Counted from the stretch's first letter, positions 38,652 through 53,848 are shown. The stretch is DNA of 64,000 bases from Veleropilina oligotropha (GCA_048128005.1 JBEUKZ010000127.1:372001-436000), one strand, 5' to 3'. A program made the numbers and translations. The notes: generated from the letters alone by a model not told the origin.

Positions 38652-39004
38652 CCGTCGATTTATATGAAAACTACCAGGTCAATTTTCACCAAAATTGGTA
38701 CACACATTCCCAAGAGTATTTGTAGGTCGTGTATATAACTTTCGCGACACAATTTTGCAACAATATTCATTTATTGAGCACTTTAATCCATATTCGTATG
38801 TAACTGATGTCTAATATTGCAAGCAAATAGCAATGACGTCATTATGACGTCGCTTTAGATTAATCGTTATTTGGTGACGTCATAATCGACGGGGTAGTAA
38901 TTTAAGCCATGAAGTACTTGCACTTAGCCATTGTATTAACTGTTATGAAAATTTGATGGAAATAAAGAAAGGTCAAGACATATTTCGAACGCGTCGTTCT
39001 TGTT
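38528..39004 (+). mobile_element. HINE/Helentron-type element family 2, second copy in inverted orientation
   Basis: Reverse complement of 37714-38190. The empty site ctttttattattgtatgaag is visible in the local duplicate at ~39197-39216. Confidence 0.82.
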
Positions 39005-40239
39005 ATTGTATGAAGAACGTTTGGCATGGGTCAGCATGAGAGCGAGTACACTGAGTAGGAAACAGTGTTTCTTTGATGAGATTTGAAAAATGAGATTCAG
39101 TGACATACATAATTATTTACGGACTCAGGAAAATATACAGGAATGTAATGTTACATAAATTCCAAGTCAATTAGATATGTTATAATTTTAGCTCTCCTTT
39201 TTATTATTGTATGAAGAACGTTTGACATGGGTCAGCATAAGGACGAGTACACTGAGTAGGAAACAGTGTTTCTTTGCTGAGATTTGAAAAATGAGATTCA
39301 GTGCGAATCAATGTCAGATTGCAACGTTGTAACAACGTAGTTATCGCATGCGATTTCAACAATGTAACAACATCTTCTCCCAACGTCCACTCGACGTCTG
39401 CGCCGACATTGGAATGACGTTGGAAATTGATTGGATTTGAAAGCTTTTAAAACGTCAGAAATTCACGTCATGGCACTGTGACATTTCAACATTGTAAAAA
39501 CGTTGTTAAAGAGTAGTTCTTTAACGTTGCGGTAGCGTCTTCTCCCAACGCTTACGCAACGCCATGTCCCGACATATGGAGGGGCTGGAAATTGATTGGA
39601 TTTGAAACTTTTGTAGAGATAAAAACAGTATCTGCTGCATAAACATATATGGCATCAGGTTTTAGTATGTTTTCAAATAGTGAATGTGTGAATGACCATC
39701 TGATGATAGAATGGACAAGAGTGCGACTTTCAATTCATTCACCTGACTGACCTGATTTACATGAATAGGTTAGAATCATTACTATTGACAACGTTATTCA
39801 GTTAACAATCACAATTTTTCAGAACTAGTGGGTTTTCCTTGTTACCGAACTTTCCCAATGACAAAGAGTCGTTATTTTAGTCTCCGATTTGGATAACTTC
39901 CAGTGAAACTTACGTCTAGAAATAATGGCCTACCTCAGACAACATAATATATTTATACTTATATTACGTGGGATATTTAATGTCACTGCAACTTAACTTA
40001 GTTGCATATGAAAGTAGTATCATGTTCGCATTTGATACCAACTAATACTTGCCGCTTCGACAGTACAGTGGTATCGCTTGTGGACTCCGAAAATCATTGA
40101 CTTGATTCCACTGACGCGAACAGTAGTGGGTTCAAACCTCGGCAGGGGCAGCACATATTTGTTCAAATTATGAATCACAGTTGTCGGTAACTGGTCGGAG
40201 AGGGCGGATTTACCCGGGAGACCGGGCTTTCCTCCAGCG

Positions 40240-41865
40240 CTAAATCACAGCTGTGACGTCACCCATTGTTCTTTGCAACCATTATGTGGCATAATGTACT
40301 GCAAGCATGAAGTAACAGTCTATTATTAATTGGCTGCTGTCCATTATTTCGGCTAGGTGTCTATTATTTTAATAATGGACAGTGAAATAATGGACAGTGA
40401 AATAATGGACAGTGAAATAATGGACAGTGAAATAATGGACAGTGAAATAATGGACAGTGAAATAATGGACAGTGAAATAATGGACAGTGAAATAATGGAC
40501 AGTGACAAACTAAAAATAGACAATTTTTTTAGATATAATGTACAAATGATCAGCAAGGTAACAATTGACTTTTACATAAGCTAAAACAACAACAAAAAGG
40601 CAAATTGTAAAGCGTTTAATGGACACTTACTCCACTTTGCAGCAGTTCAAAATAAATATGACAATACAATATACATTTTACCGATATAATATTATGTATA
40701 TCCATTGAAGAAAAATCTTTTCTTTATCACGAGTTGTAGGTAGCATTTTTTTTCTATCACGAATTTCATCTTGGATATATCCTTTATATATCCTCCAAAT
40801 ACGACCATAAATATCACTTATAATGTTGACGATGACGACGACGACGACGGAGACGAATATTCGTATAACGTGTTTGGATCATATTTGATCAATCACAATT
40901 CATAATTCCATCTATCGGATTCCGAAAAGAATGCGAACAATCATGATAATCCAATAAACCTTGTAAATCAAATGCATTATTACCAGATTACGAGTACATC
41001 CATTCGGAGTGATTAATCCATCGCATATAGGTCCATCCAATGCCGAAATTCTCTTTATGGTTTAAATTATAATCCATTGCAGATATGGGATGCTGAAAAA
41101 TACAGAAATAATATTAAAGAAAGAACGAAAACAAGTAGCCAAAATCAGTAAATGTCTTATTTCACCAATACAAGGATAGTTTAGGTAGAACCAATTCCAG
41201 AAATGATTCTGACCGTCCGCAATCGGCCAGGTATCATTTCTAGATACAAATTAGTTCACCATAAAAATCTGTTCTCGGTCATTCAGGCTAACGCTATGCA
41301 ACTGTGTTATACATTAATTTTAAGTGCAGAATCAATGCATAAACGTAATGGTAATTAATGTTTGCATGATTCGTGCAGCTAAACACCAATATTAAATTCC
41401 CCGTGAAAATTATACTCTAACATTATAGTTTTGTCAGTTTTCAGCTGTTGATGATAGTCTAAAACAGTATATATAACTTAAACAGCACCAATATTCAATA
41501 CAAATTCAAATTTGCTATTTTAAATATCTTACCTTTTGTAACCGAGACCGGAGGTTTACACCTCTATGTTATCCAAACAAATATCGGTGAATGTTGACAA
41601 CAATGGGAAATGAACATCCACACGCAGCATGCTTTTTCAGCATTGTCAAAATTATCCTGCATGTTTGCCTAATTATAATAACAAATGACAAATTAGGAAA
41701 CAGAGACGTGTCCAATATGAAGACAATAGGGAAGCTGTGATTTAAGTCGGAAATACGCCTTAAAGTCTCCATTATGTCAGATAATAGACAGTTCTCGGCG
41801 CTAACGCGCCTCGAACTGTCTATTATCTGACATAATGGACACTTTTCGGCCTATCTCCTTCACAT
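40240..41865. mobile_element. ~1.6-kb unit-1-specific insertion splitting a SINE
   Basis: The SINE reads cctccagcg|...|aatacggacatgtcc here but is contiguous (cctccagcgacaatacggacatgtcc) at 56842-56867. Confidence 0.8.
40371..40505. repeat. 15-bp tandem repeat (AATAATGGACAGTGA) x9
   Basis: Directly visible; an inverted copy ctgtccattatttc lies at 40337-40350. Confidence 0.97.
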
Positions 41866-44800
41866 AATACGGACATGTCCTGCTTTTAACCAAATGATGG
41901 TTGGAAATATACATGACATTAAGCATCGATCCTTTCCTTACCAACTAATAATAGTTTATCAGCATGTTACAGTATCCGGTTCATATACTAATATCGAATA
42001 GAAAATTCGTATTGAAAAGTCCAGACATTGTGCATGGCCGCAATCACGATGAACCGTAATGTTTTCTTTTATTAATAAGTCCAGTTCGGGACTTACGGTG
42101 AACACAATGTTTCGTAAAGATTAAAACTACAACGCGGTTTTGTAAGGTTGGCACGAATATTAACAATGATTTAATCTAGAACGGACAGCATGGTGGTCAG
42201 CGTCATTTATGGAGGTGGTGTTCACCTAAAAATCACAACACGGTTGTGTAAAGTAGACATAACACACCTTGATTTTGATGTACAACAGACAGCCGGGCGG
42301 TCACAGACACTTATGGAGGTAGTGATCACATAACAATTCACATATAAGATCGTTCATTATAAAGTGTACATAAACACATGCGTGACTAAATGAAATGAAC
42401 CATGCAATCACAAAATATATCAATTATTTATTGAACAAATATTTAAAAAGTAACCAAAACTACAGAAATACGATATACCATTTCGAGTAGCACGGTTCCA
42501 ATTCAATCCAGCTCGAAGGCGATCCTTTATGATTTCTAGTATCCCCGTGTGGAATTTCTAAAATAAAAATAAATTGAATTTGCATCAGAACTGGAAATGT
42601 ACTTGCGCACATCGACGCCGTAGGACACCAAATTAAATTTGCATCAGAACTGGACATGTACTTGCACACATCGACACCGTAGGACAACAATCTTGTAACT
42701 GGGATATGAAAGACTTATTACAATTTTGTCAATCTGAATATCATGTAGATTACATATATAAAATTTGATAGAAGCAAATGTATATATAATAATATTGGGA
42801 TGGGGAGATCTAAACGCATCCGCATCTTTTGTATATTATTAATTCCAGACAAGGGTCAGGTTCATGGTTTTGTGACAGTTCTGTAATACTAGAATGTGAT
42901 TTGAAAACGTGACCATAATTATTGAAAGTAGAGATTTATAGCAAATGTGAGCGGTTATGCATAACTTCTCACGTTTAATGCCATATCTACATCAGCAATA
43001 CCGTACACCTTTTGTCTCAACATGACAATATATCAAAATCAACATAACATTATTCGCGACATTGTACGGTCTACAAATATTGTATAACTTCGTCGCAGCG
43101 TAAATTCTTCGAATACTCAACATTGCTTCAGCGTAATAATGTCGCACCGGTAGCCGAGTGGATTAGAGTGAAGTCTCAGAATTTACTTCCTTTACTGCTC
43201 TGACTATCAGGAGTGGGATCGAACATTGGCGGAAGTATTCTTTATCAGTCACTAGTCACAGTTGTGTATAACTGTCCGGTGAGGTTGGATTTTTCCGGGC
43301 GATAATAAGGGCATATTCGGGTTGCTAAAACCACATGCAACAGTTTGAATCAACCTAATCGATATAACGTTGTTCCTTGAACGTTGTAACGGGATTGTAC
43401 CTTAGTATAATTTCATCGCGACGCAGGCGTAAATACTTTGAACAATCAACGTTGTTTCAGCGTGAAATTTCGACGTCGACATACGTTGATCCTTGCACGT
43501 CGCAGCGACGTTGTACAACGGCGCCTACTTGCCTGATCATACTTACACAGACGCTCGCGCACGATTTATGATGCGTGCATGTGAAGGAATAGCAGACGTT
43601 GGAAGTTAATAACTTTCTTCAGAGAAATAACCTATATCAAACAAATTTTCTGTCATGAATAACGCCAACCATAAAGATATGAAAGTAATATTGGTAAGTT
43701 TTAACAACAATAAGTATAAAATATGCTAAAGCAAACCGCTTATAGTACATATAGTTTGGCAATCTCTATTATTTATGGAAGTTATCATTTAATTAGTTAG
43801 TTTAGTTATATTCAAGAAACTCTTATTTTTAAGTTCATTGTGGCTATATTAACATATATGAATATTCATATGTTACGAATATTATAGTCATTTTAATTAT
43901 GCTTTCATTGATTTATAAGATCTCGTTCCGACAGCAGTCGTGAGACATTTGCTTGATAGTAAAAGTTGTGACATTTATCAATGAAAAAAGTAGCCCCGTG
44001 ACCTGACATCAGCAGACTGATATTGTCCAATCAAAAATGAGGGTTGGGGGTCAACTGTTTATCCAACACCCGATAGATACGAGATTTTTACTAAACACTA
44101 ATATCCTCAACACCTGAGTAATACAAATTAATATTATGAAGTACAAATACAATAAAATGTAGGACTATTTTGCAGTAATATTATCTTATGTGCGTTGAAA
44201 ACATGTTTCATAATAATTAATTGTGGCAAAGAACCGTAATGATTATCCTAAAATTGTCTATCTGCTTATGTTGTCATTTAATATGAGTTTACTCTTGAAA
44301 TATTAGCAGCTTTGGGATTACAATTCGTCTTTTTCGCATTATTTGTCAATAATGTATGTGCTATCAGTTTTAATTTAAATGAATATTTTGTTTGTGGTAA
44401 AGAGTGCATTTCCATTATATTTATTTTGTGTTGAGTTTTGTTAAGTACGAATCCATTATGCGAACTCCTTATGAATAATAGAAATCCAGAAATAAGACCT
44501 GCATGGTGTGCAGAAATACAGCATATATGTTGTAGATTTGGATGATAGCTTAACATTCCCCATAAAGAGCACTCTCTAAATGTGATACCTTTCGTCACGA
44601 CTTCATATTTGGTAAAAGTACATTTCGAAACTCACCTTATGTTTTAACCTGCATCAGAAGTAGAAATGCATCCAAAGTTTACCTGTAAAGTGATATTGAT
44701 GTTGTAATATATTCCTGGTCGGTTCAAAGTGTTCCAATTACATGTATATTATGAAATAATAGTTTTAAACATGAATTCCTAGCTGAGGTCATGGTGGATT

Positions 44801-45014
44801 TGTACTTTACATTGAAAAACATGTCCCAAACTGGAGGAACTCTGGTAGGAAGGTCTTTTCACTAAACTTGTAGCAATTTATTTGGACAGAAGAAGATTGT
44901 ATGTACATTATATGGACAGAGTATTGAAACGATCAGCAAACATTTAAAAAATGACCTCTTAAAAAAAATTGCCCGCATTTTCGTGAGAAACACCCATGTA
45001 TATATATAACTGAC

Positions 45015-45172
45015 CTGTCGCTTGTCAATGCTCCAGGTGGCCTTCTATGATCTTGTATTGTAAATATTAATTAGTGGTGCAGAATTTGAAGTCTTGGGTG
45101 TTTTGTGTATGTGTTTTGTGTATGCAGCTGGTATTACCCGTTATCGTCATCGTATTTCCAGGTACAGGTCCC
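45015..45172 (-). pseudogene. Meteorin-N-domain paralog C, copy 2 exon (core motif deleted, premature TGA)
   Basis: 158 nt versus 200 nt in copies 1 and 3. The WxYPQG segment is replaced by a short gtgttttgtgtat duplication; GGA>TGA near the 3' end. Confidence 0.8.
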
Positions 45173-45787
45173 CTACAATAATAATTTAGTCTTTTTGTAA
45201 TTCACAAGCAGAATAAACGTGTATTAATATTGTACCGATGGCATCCAAACAGTCAAAGTGCATTATCATGTAACTTTTATTAGTTGAACCGTTTACGGAG
45301 AAATTATTGTATTGAGGCTGTCTGTCTGTCTGTCTGTGTGGTGGTGTATGTCCACGATGACTTTACATGGCTCAACTATGCTTCCTCTCGGATGCGCTTG
45401 TTATCAGTTGAGAACATAGTACACGGTATCGCGCTTGCATGACACCCGATTCACGTATACATTATTATCACTATCGACAGACATGCAACAGTGGTTAGAA
45501 TCTGGAAAATTCCCTTTCTTTAAATACAAGCTCTTTTAATTTATTGACAATGATAAAGAACTGTTTATCGCTGAGGATCTTACTGGAGCGCACACATAAT
45601 ACAAATCACAAAAGCAGATAGTATGTAATTACTATCAACAACAGCCCATGTTTCCTCTTACGAACGATGTTAACTCTTCTCATATATTTATTTTTAATTG
45701 AAAGATAAAAGGTAAAGTATTCGAAAACAAACATAGGTTACGGTAAAATTAACAGTTTGTGGCAATACAAAGTTGTCTGGGTGTAAA

Positions 45788-48700
45788 TAGTCCGGGATTC
45801 GCCAATGCAAATTGCAGTCAACCTTGTTTTGTCATATATATACACTTGTTTCATCGTTTCTATAGTAATTTGACCTGCTGAATCCGAATTCGATGAGTGC
45901 CAGATCAAAATCCTTGAGAATTTTTGCGAAAATGGAAAAATCCAAGATGGCCGCTGCCGCAACATGAAAATCTGTTAATCTCTGTGGCTGGTGATGGTAT
46001 TATCATGAAAGAAATTATATTTCCTTTATTTTCAGATACAATGAATATAATATAATCATCGTTAACGAAATCAATGATAATCTTCCAAAATGACGGCCGT
46101 ATTTACATAATAATCCAAGATGGCTGCCGCTAAATAGTGAACATCTGTAACAAAATATCAAGATGTAAACTTTAATAAGGGGTATTTTGTGTTCGGATAT
46201 ATATCTGAAAATCTCAAATGCTACGATAGTACTAATTAGCTGTCATATTGTTGGACTTACATATAAATGATGGAGTGTCTCTAATGTGCCGTACAAACAA
46301 GCATACTCTCATTAAGTCGTCTATATTGAAGTTTGAGAAATGCAAATGACAAGTGTGTGAGATTTGAATATGGATTCAGTTATGAATAGGTTAGATTTTA
46401 GCGTCTTATCAAAATAGAAGGCAAGTCCGTAGGACGAGCGTACTTTTTGATAAGGGGCTACAATCTGCCGTCTAACCGACTTAGAAGCTCCATTTCATTT
46501 CTCCACACAAATTAATTCCTATTGTCAAATGCAATAAACTGTTTATATTTTCGAAACATATATTCATTACTAAACATTTTGCTTTTTTAACATTATATTA
46601 CGAAAATGCATATGAAGATTATTACTTGTCACCGTATTTCTAATAATAGGTAAGGTATCGCGAACAAAAGACCTGGCAAGTGCCATCTTCAGCAATAAGT
46701 GACAAATAATACATCTCTCTCATTGGCCGAGATATGAAGTGGGCTTCTAAATAATGTATAGATAACATGGTTATATTGAAGGTGCTGTAATGTCACATAG
46801 AGATGTAATAATATACATATTGCACGAAAATTCCAAATGTACTTCAGACGATGAAACATGCTGACGACATTACACATCATGACGAAGCGTTTGGGGGGAA
46901 CCATATTTTACTATTCAACGAACAATATATTATGTGGAGAAGCGTGCGAAGATTGGTCCCAACAAATATTCGGTTATAAGAAAGGGAATATTTGTCAACA
47001 GCAGGTAGAAGAGAATAGCGTATATTTAAAGAAGCAATCCTCGCGAGAGATAAGGCCAGATCATATGTTGCAATTGGAATACATGATGTTGTATTTGAAT
47101 CCAGTGATTTGCACGCCGCTGAAGAACGTTACCTCAAAGACTACATTTGAAGATTTTTCACTAATTCACCTTCACATTCCAAAGCTGACGAAGACGATGA
47201 CAAATATTTGAATGCACAGGTGAAATCTGATTAATTAATTAATCACGTATATTGAACAACTATATCAAATAACATTGCATGTCGACCTCTTTGCCGAATT
47301 CTTCCTTCGACTTGAGGAATGCTAATGAAATTTGAAATATGCTTACTATTGTCTTTACTGCAACCGCTATTTTCAATGCCTGCCCACTCGTTCCTCCAAA
47401 AGTTCATGAAAGGTGAACATCCCACGTATCATCAAATTGGCGTATGGATTCAGGAACGGTAGATAGGCTAATCTCTTCATTGAGACAGCACACACACGTA
47501 CGCCATTGACACGATCCTTCTGATACCATCATATCGATTATCCACTTTGATGGAATCTACTCTTTTAATTTGGATACATTCTCCACTCTCTTGGACAGTT
47601 GAAAACAGATTTGGAAGCACAGAAAAGTGACGAAGTACCACAAGAAGTCAGCTGACACAAAGAAAAGGAAAGGATCGATGTCTAATGTCCAGTATATTCA
47701 CAACCATCGGGTTCAAAGCAAGACATGACCATATTATCGCGGAAGGAAATCCTGGTCTCTCGGGAAATCAGCCCTCTCCGACTAGTTACGGACAACTGTG
47801 ATTCATAACTGAACAAATAATGTCATTTCCCAACCGAGATTCCAAACCACTACTGTTCGTGTCAGCGGAATTAAAGGCAGTGAGTTTTCGGAGTCCACAA
47901 ACGAAACCACACGACTACATGTCGAAGCGGCCAACCAATACTTGCATTCAAAGCATTTTCGAACAGAGTGGGGAAATACGATGACCTTAACAGTCTGTTT
48001 TGAACAACAACGTAAAAGTTGAGCAAGGTATGCATAACAAGGTGCATAATTAAATCCCCAACGGTGGTAATTCTCGGTGACCGTGTTATTATATACGGCC
48101 ATCCATTGGCACTCTCAACAACAAAAATATCAGCCCAAGTGAATGTTTCCGTTGTCAGCCCCATGTTTTTGTTTGATCGATACAATTCTTTGAGTGCCAA
48201 ATCTGTTTAACATGTTTTTAAAAACATGTTGCAGAACAAACTCTCAAAAGAGGCACCATTTCTTAAACAATACAAGGTCTGGAATGTCACTGCTAACGAA
48301 GAATAAATCATAAAGAGTGCTGTCAACAGATCATGTGATATAACGGTACCTGATAACTTATTGTCACCGGATCTGATCCACATCCCATCGAAGTTGAAGT
48401 GGGACAACAACAATTTGCAGTAACACATGAAGAAGCGAATGTCATTATGATATATCTTACGATATATGCATATAGCAGGGCACTCACATATCAAAGTAGT
48501 TCTGGTGGCATGAATGTGCTTATTGTTTCTCATCACTTGCATGCTCGAACTAGCGGGGGTCCAGAAACACTCGAATTAATCTTGAGTCATGTGCTAGAAA
48601 TTGTGCTTCATCAACAACAATGAGCCTGCGTTGAAATGGGGAAGGGTCATGAATGCATTTGCACCACTGTACCACAAGTGCACATAATGCCAGGTCATCT

Positions 48701-49501
48701 GACCGCTCATTTTGCAGTTTTCAATATTGGAAATGGAGTTTTCAATACTCTATATGCACTCTGGTTGCAGAACATCAATTTGTTCTTGCGCCAAATATGC
48801 ATTAGCTTTCTGTGAATTCAGTAAATGCAAAAGTGACCTGCAAAAGTGACGACAAAATCTAGTCCTGCACGCTAAGAAATATTTTCCACGTATGTGCTAC
48901 TATTGAATATGATTTATTTCAATTTTGTGATTTCGATCATATATTTCGCAATGTCACAATTTTAATTTGATTTTATGGGTCCATACGTTATGATGACCAA
49001 TAATTCAGAAAAATGCAGTAATCCGTTTTTAACAACATTTTAAAATATTTCATGATCATCTATTAACATTTATAATATAGATTCTGTAACTAAATACCGC
49101 TGCGACAGTCTGCCATCTTGATATATCTATTTTTGTATCTAATAATTGCTTCATGCGCAATCTTAGACAGCCGCCATGTTGGATTTTTACAAATTAGCAC
49201 AGTTTGACGACTGTCACGGATCGATTTTGCGATCACCATTTAATCTAATGATTGTTTCGTTTGAATTTGTTTAAAACATATAAAAAGGCATTTCATACAT
49301 CTTTTGTTGTGTACGGTCTTAATGATATCAAAGTTATTAGATTTTATTTTTTTAGTGGCAGCCATCTATGCCAAATATGCTCAAGGTTTGGCGACTGGCA
49401 CTCATCAGATTCGTGATCAGCACGTCAAAATCATACAGAAACAGTTGAAAAAGTTTATATATATAAAAAAAACAAGGTACCACCTCTTGACTCCCGGACT
49501 A
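45788..49501. mobile_element. Academ-like DNA transposon (copy 2)
   Basis: tagtccgggattc ... gactcccggacta, with the same flanks as copy 1, so it was duplicated with the segment rather than transposed. Confidence 0.65.
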
Positions 49502-50800
49502 GAATGTCTAAGACCTTGGGTTGTTGGTGGTAAATAAGCTTATAATAATATGTATAACGACAGTCTAGTGAGTTTGATCATGAATCACATACTGTAACTT
49601 TATTTTTTATAAGATAAGGACAATAATTATTAGCTAGTGGGGATATATGGTTCACATCAACTAAGGAACGTAAAATTATACGACATTAGAAAACACACCG
49701 CGTGTTCGACATAATGTTCCTTTAAACGTTTAAATCAATGATGATTTTTCTTGTTACATAAATTTTATTCCCACGACATAAATTCCAAGTCAATTAGATA
49801 TGTTATAATTTTAGCGCTCCTTTTTGTTATTGTATGAAGAACGTTTGACATGGGTCAGCATAAGGGCGAGTACACTGAGTAGGAAACAGTGTTTATTTGC
49901 TGAGATTTGAAAAATGAGATTCAGTGACATACATATATAACTATTTACTGACTCAGGAAAATATACAGGAATCTAATGCTAATACATACGCTATTGTGGC
50001 GGCAATAGATAGATAGATAGATAGATATTTATTTTCCTTTCAATATTATTTACATATTATAATTGTGTTAGGAACAAATAATGAAAGGAAGGATAACACT
50101 TGAGTCAAAAAAGACTGTTCCTTTACAGGTAGTGTTACCCTATATACATAAGTAGTACAAATCTTAATGAAGAGAATGACTCGACTCAATAAAAAGAGAA
50201 AAGCACAAGAGACGGACATAAAGGACAGACAGGGACACATAAACAGTATTGCACATCTAATGTTACATATATATATTTACTTATATTTCATGTCTGTATA
50301 GTCATGATTATTCGCAAGAGTGCATTAATTGCTTACACACAAAAGATTGAAAAGATAAATATACACTTTGATATACAAATAATGATTGTACATACTATAC
50401 TGATGCAAATTACTATTAGTAATGAGCTGGTGCAAATTAATATAATACTATACTGGTGCAAATTACTATATGTGCTATACTAGTACAAATTTCCATACGT
50501 AGGATACTATGTTGATATGTACATGATTATAATAGTGGAAAGTACTATGCCTAACATATTAGTGTAAATTACTATACATAATATGCTGTTTGTCACACAT
50601 AATGAAAAATTGGCAAATGTCTAATAGTTTAGTCGCTTACTCTGACATATGATTCATATTTACAAGACACCAATATATCATGCTATTGGTCTTTATATGC
50701 TTTTAAATATGCAAAGTGATCATCGTATATATATCATAATCTGATATATGATATCGTCGTCAGGACCAAATATCAATCAGATGCATACCTCTTCTTAAAA

Positions 50801-53800
50801 CTAGTAGTTATTATTTTTTGTAGTAGACATTTTTTTAATAAATGCATTAATTGATGCCACATTTTTTAAATTTACTGGCAGATTGCCCCACAAAGAAGGC
50901 ATTTTGCAAAGTAAACTACGATTGAAAATAGACGTACGATGGGGTTGGGTTGTTGGATTATGTCTGTTTCTAGTGTTATAACCATGAATCTGAGAATTTG
51001 TTGTGAAAATATTTTCAATACCAGGTGGTAGAATTTTGTTGTTACATTTAAATCCCATTTTGCAAAGGTCTAGTTCTATTAGATCGGACAACTTTAATAT
51101 ATGTAGTGTTTTAAATAATTCATTGCTTGGATAATTGTAATTGACATTTGAGACTAATCTAACACACTTTTTTTGAAGGATAAATAATTTCTTTAGTTGC
51201 TGTTGTTTGAGCATCGGCCCCCAAAGTAGCAGCCCGTAAGTTAAATGACATTGTATAAGACTGAAGTATAAAGTTCTCTTTGTCCATGTTGGGAGTTTAT
51301 TTTTGCAACTTCTCAATGTGTATATATTTCGCAATAACTTATTTACAACTTGTTTAGAATGTTCGGCCCAATTAAGGTGTTCATCAATTGTCAGTCCTAG
51401 AAATTTAGTAGCGGTAACTTGAGAAATGGAAAGATTGTCTAGTTTCACTTCATAATTTAATAGGTCATCTGCATTAGAATTAGACTTAAATAAAATGTAA
51501 TTACTTTTACCTGTGTTTAGAGAAAGTTTGTTGCATTTAAACCATTCGTTCATCATTTTTAAATCATCTGTTACATATTTATATAATGTTCTCTTATTTG
51601 TATTGCTGCTGTAAGCTGTAGTGTCATCGGCGAAATTGATTATTTTTAGGAATTTAAGTGACCTATGCAGATCATTTATGTAGATAATAAATAATAAGGG
51701 ACCCAGAACGGATCCTTGGGGAACGCCATAATCACTTTGCATAATTTCTGAGAATACGTTTTCCTTTGTTGGTTCCGAGCATAATTTGACTCGCTGCTTT
51801 CGATTTTCTAGGTAACTTTTGAACCATTTGTTTGGTATTCCTCTAATTCCATGATGATCTAATTTATGAATTAATATACTGTGATCTATAGTGTCAAAAG
51901 CTTTAGACAAGTCCAGAAAAACAGCTAGAGTGTATTTACTCTCTTCGAAACCCTTAATGATATCACTTATTAATTCTGTTATGGCATCTATAGTGCTGTG
52001 ATTTTCCCTAAATCCGTATTGACTGTGGTACAAAATGTCATAATTTATCAAGTATTTATATAGCCTTTTGTATATTATTTTCTCTAGCACTTTTGACACT
52101 ACTGGTAAAAGTGATATTGGTCTATAGTTACTCATTATATCCTTTTCCTTATTTTTATATATTGGTATTATTTATGCTAGCTTCATTTTCGTTGGGAATA
52201 TTCCTTGTTCTATTGATTTATTAAATATTGTTGTCAGTGGGGTATTTACGGAGTGAACAAGTTTTTTTAATAATATACTGTTCACTTTGTCGTATCCACT
52301 ACTGGTTTTATTTTTTAAGCCATTAATTGTTAACGTAACTTCTTGTATAGTTGTAGGTGTCAGAAAAAAACTTATTGGGGATCTATCGCCCATAAATTCA
52401 GTGTACATTTTGTGCGATGGACCTATATTATTGGCTAACTTGTTACCAATAGTAGAGAAATAATTTCCGAACTTATTGCAAATGTCGATAGGGTTGTACA
52501 TTCGGATACCCTCTGATGTAATATAATCAGGTATGCTCGATTTGTTTCTGTGTTTTCCTAATATGCTGTTTATAATACCCCACAATTTTCTGGTATCGTT
52601 CTTGAATTCGTTTACTCTAGATGTATAATAATTGTATTTAGATATCCTTTTTAATTTATTATACATATTTCTGTATTTTAAATATTTCATATAATTGTTG
52701 TCTTCTTTTGGTCTGCCCAGAGATTTTCTGTACAGAGCGTCACACTTTTTCGAACTCTTCAGCAGACCTGATGTCATAAAGGGTTCCCTAATAATATGTT
52801 TTGTATGTACAGTTATTAATTTTTCAGGCGCTATGTTGTCAATAGCAGATTGTACAACATCTGAATAAGTATTATATGCTGAGTCAGCATCCATATTACT
52901 TATATAATCCCAATTATATGATGCAATAGCTTCATTTACTTGTCTGATCTTATTTTCGTTCCACTTTCTGGTTTTTATTTTCAGAGAAGTTTTTGATTTT
53001 TTATCAATTTGGCCAATCAGACCTAAGCATGGGAAATGGTCTGATAAGTGGCAAGTCAGCATGGCTGATTGGAATTTTTTGGCTAAAGTATTAGTTACAT
53101 ATATATTGTCTATTAACGTTGCACTAATGTGTGTAACACGAGTAGGCTTGGTAATGAGGGGCAATAAACCTTGTGACAGGGTTATTTCCAGAAACATTTC
53201 CGTATTTACGTGAGTATTAATTTTCAGAAAATCAAGATTCTGATCGCTTCCTATTATAATTTCTTTGTGTTCTTCATTGATTTTTAACAATATATTTTTG
53301 TATTCATTTAGAAATTTCTTTTCGTTCGTTCCAGGTACACGATACATCTCACCTACTACTATATTTTTTTTATCTTTTCGTTCGATTTCTATAAAACAAC
53401 TTTCAATTTCACCTTCGAAAAATACATTAAGATCCTTTCTCTCCTTGTAATTAATACCATTTTTTACATAGATGGCAACACCACCTCTGCTTTTGTTAGT
53501 TCGGTGGATTTCTTCCAGATTGTATCCTTCTATTAGACAATTATGCTTATTAAAATCCGATATAAAAGTTTCACACAGAAGTATTAGATCAATGTTGATC
53601 TTTTGTTGGTTAATTTGGGTTATTAGCTGTTTTAAGTCATCTTTTTTGTTCAATATACTATGAATGTTAAGATGCAGTATACCAAACATGGCTTCGCATG
53701 ATTTCATGTCACATAATTCATTGGGATCATAGTAATCACATATGTCGTTTATGGGTAAGTCGCAATTTAGGATATTGTTCAAATTCTTTGCGGGGTCATC

Positions 53801-53848
53801 GTTTATTTCATCTATGTAATCTTTGTAATTCCGTCTAGTATCGGGCAT
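50801..53848 (-). pseudogene. LINE ORF2 (AP endonuclease + reverse transcriptase) interrupted by one in-frame TAA
   Basis: APE motifs HLNIHS, LCETF, GGVAIYV, TLIDNIY, SDHFP. RT motifs NYRPISLLP, FLDLSKAFDTIDH, GVPQGSVLGPLLF, FADDT. The two track ORFs are in frame, joined by MKLA*IIPIYKNKEKDI (TAA 52174-52172). Confidence 0.95.

Noticed and set aside
40353..40584. IMDSE / SLSII repeat ORFs
   Set aside because: Translation of the 15-bp tandem repeat.
42460..42560. Terminal-exon-like segment (ttttag, stop, AATAAA) as exon 3 for paralog C copies 2 and 3
   Set aside because: The peptide EIPHGDTRNHKGSPSSWIELEPCYSKWYIVFL does not match the A/B exon-3 pattern, and the upstream exons are already disrupted. 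Cannot be supported without RNA data.
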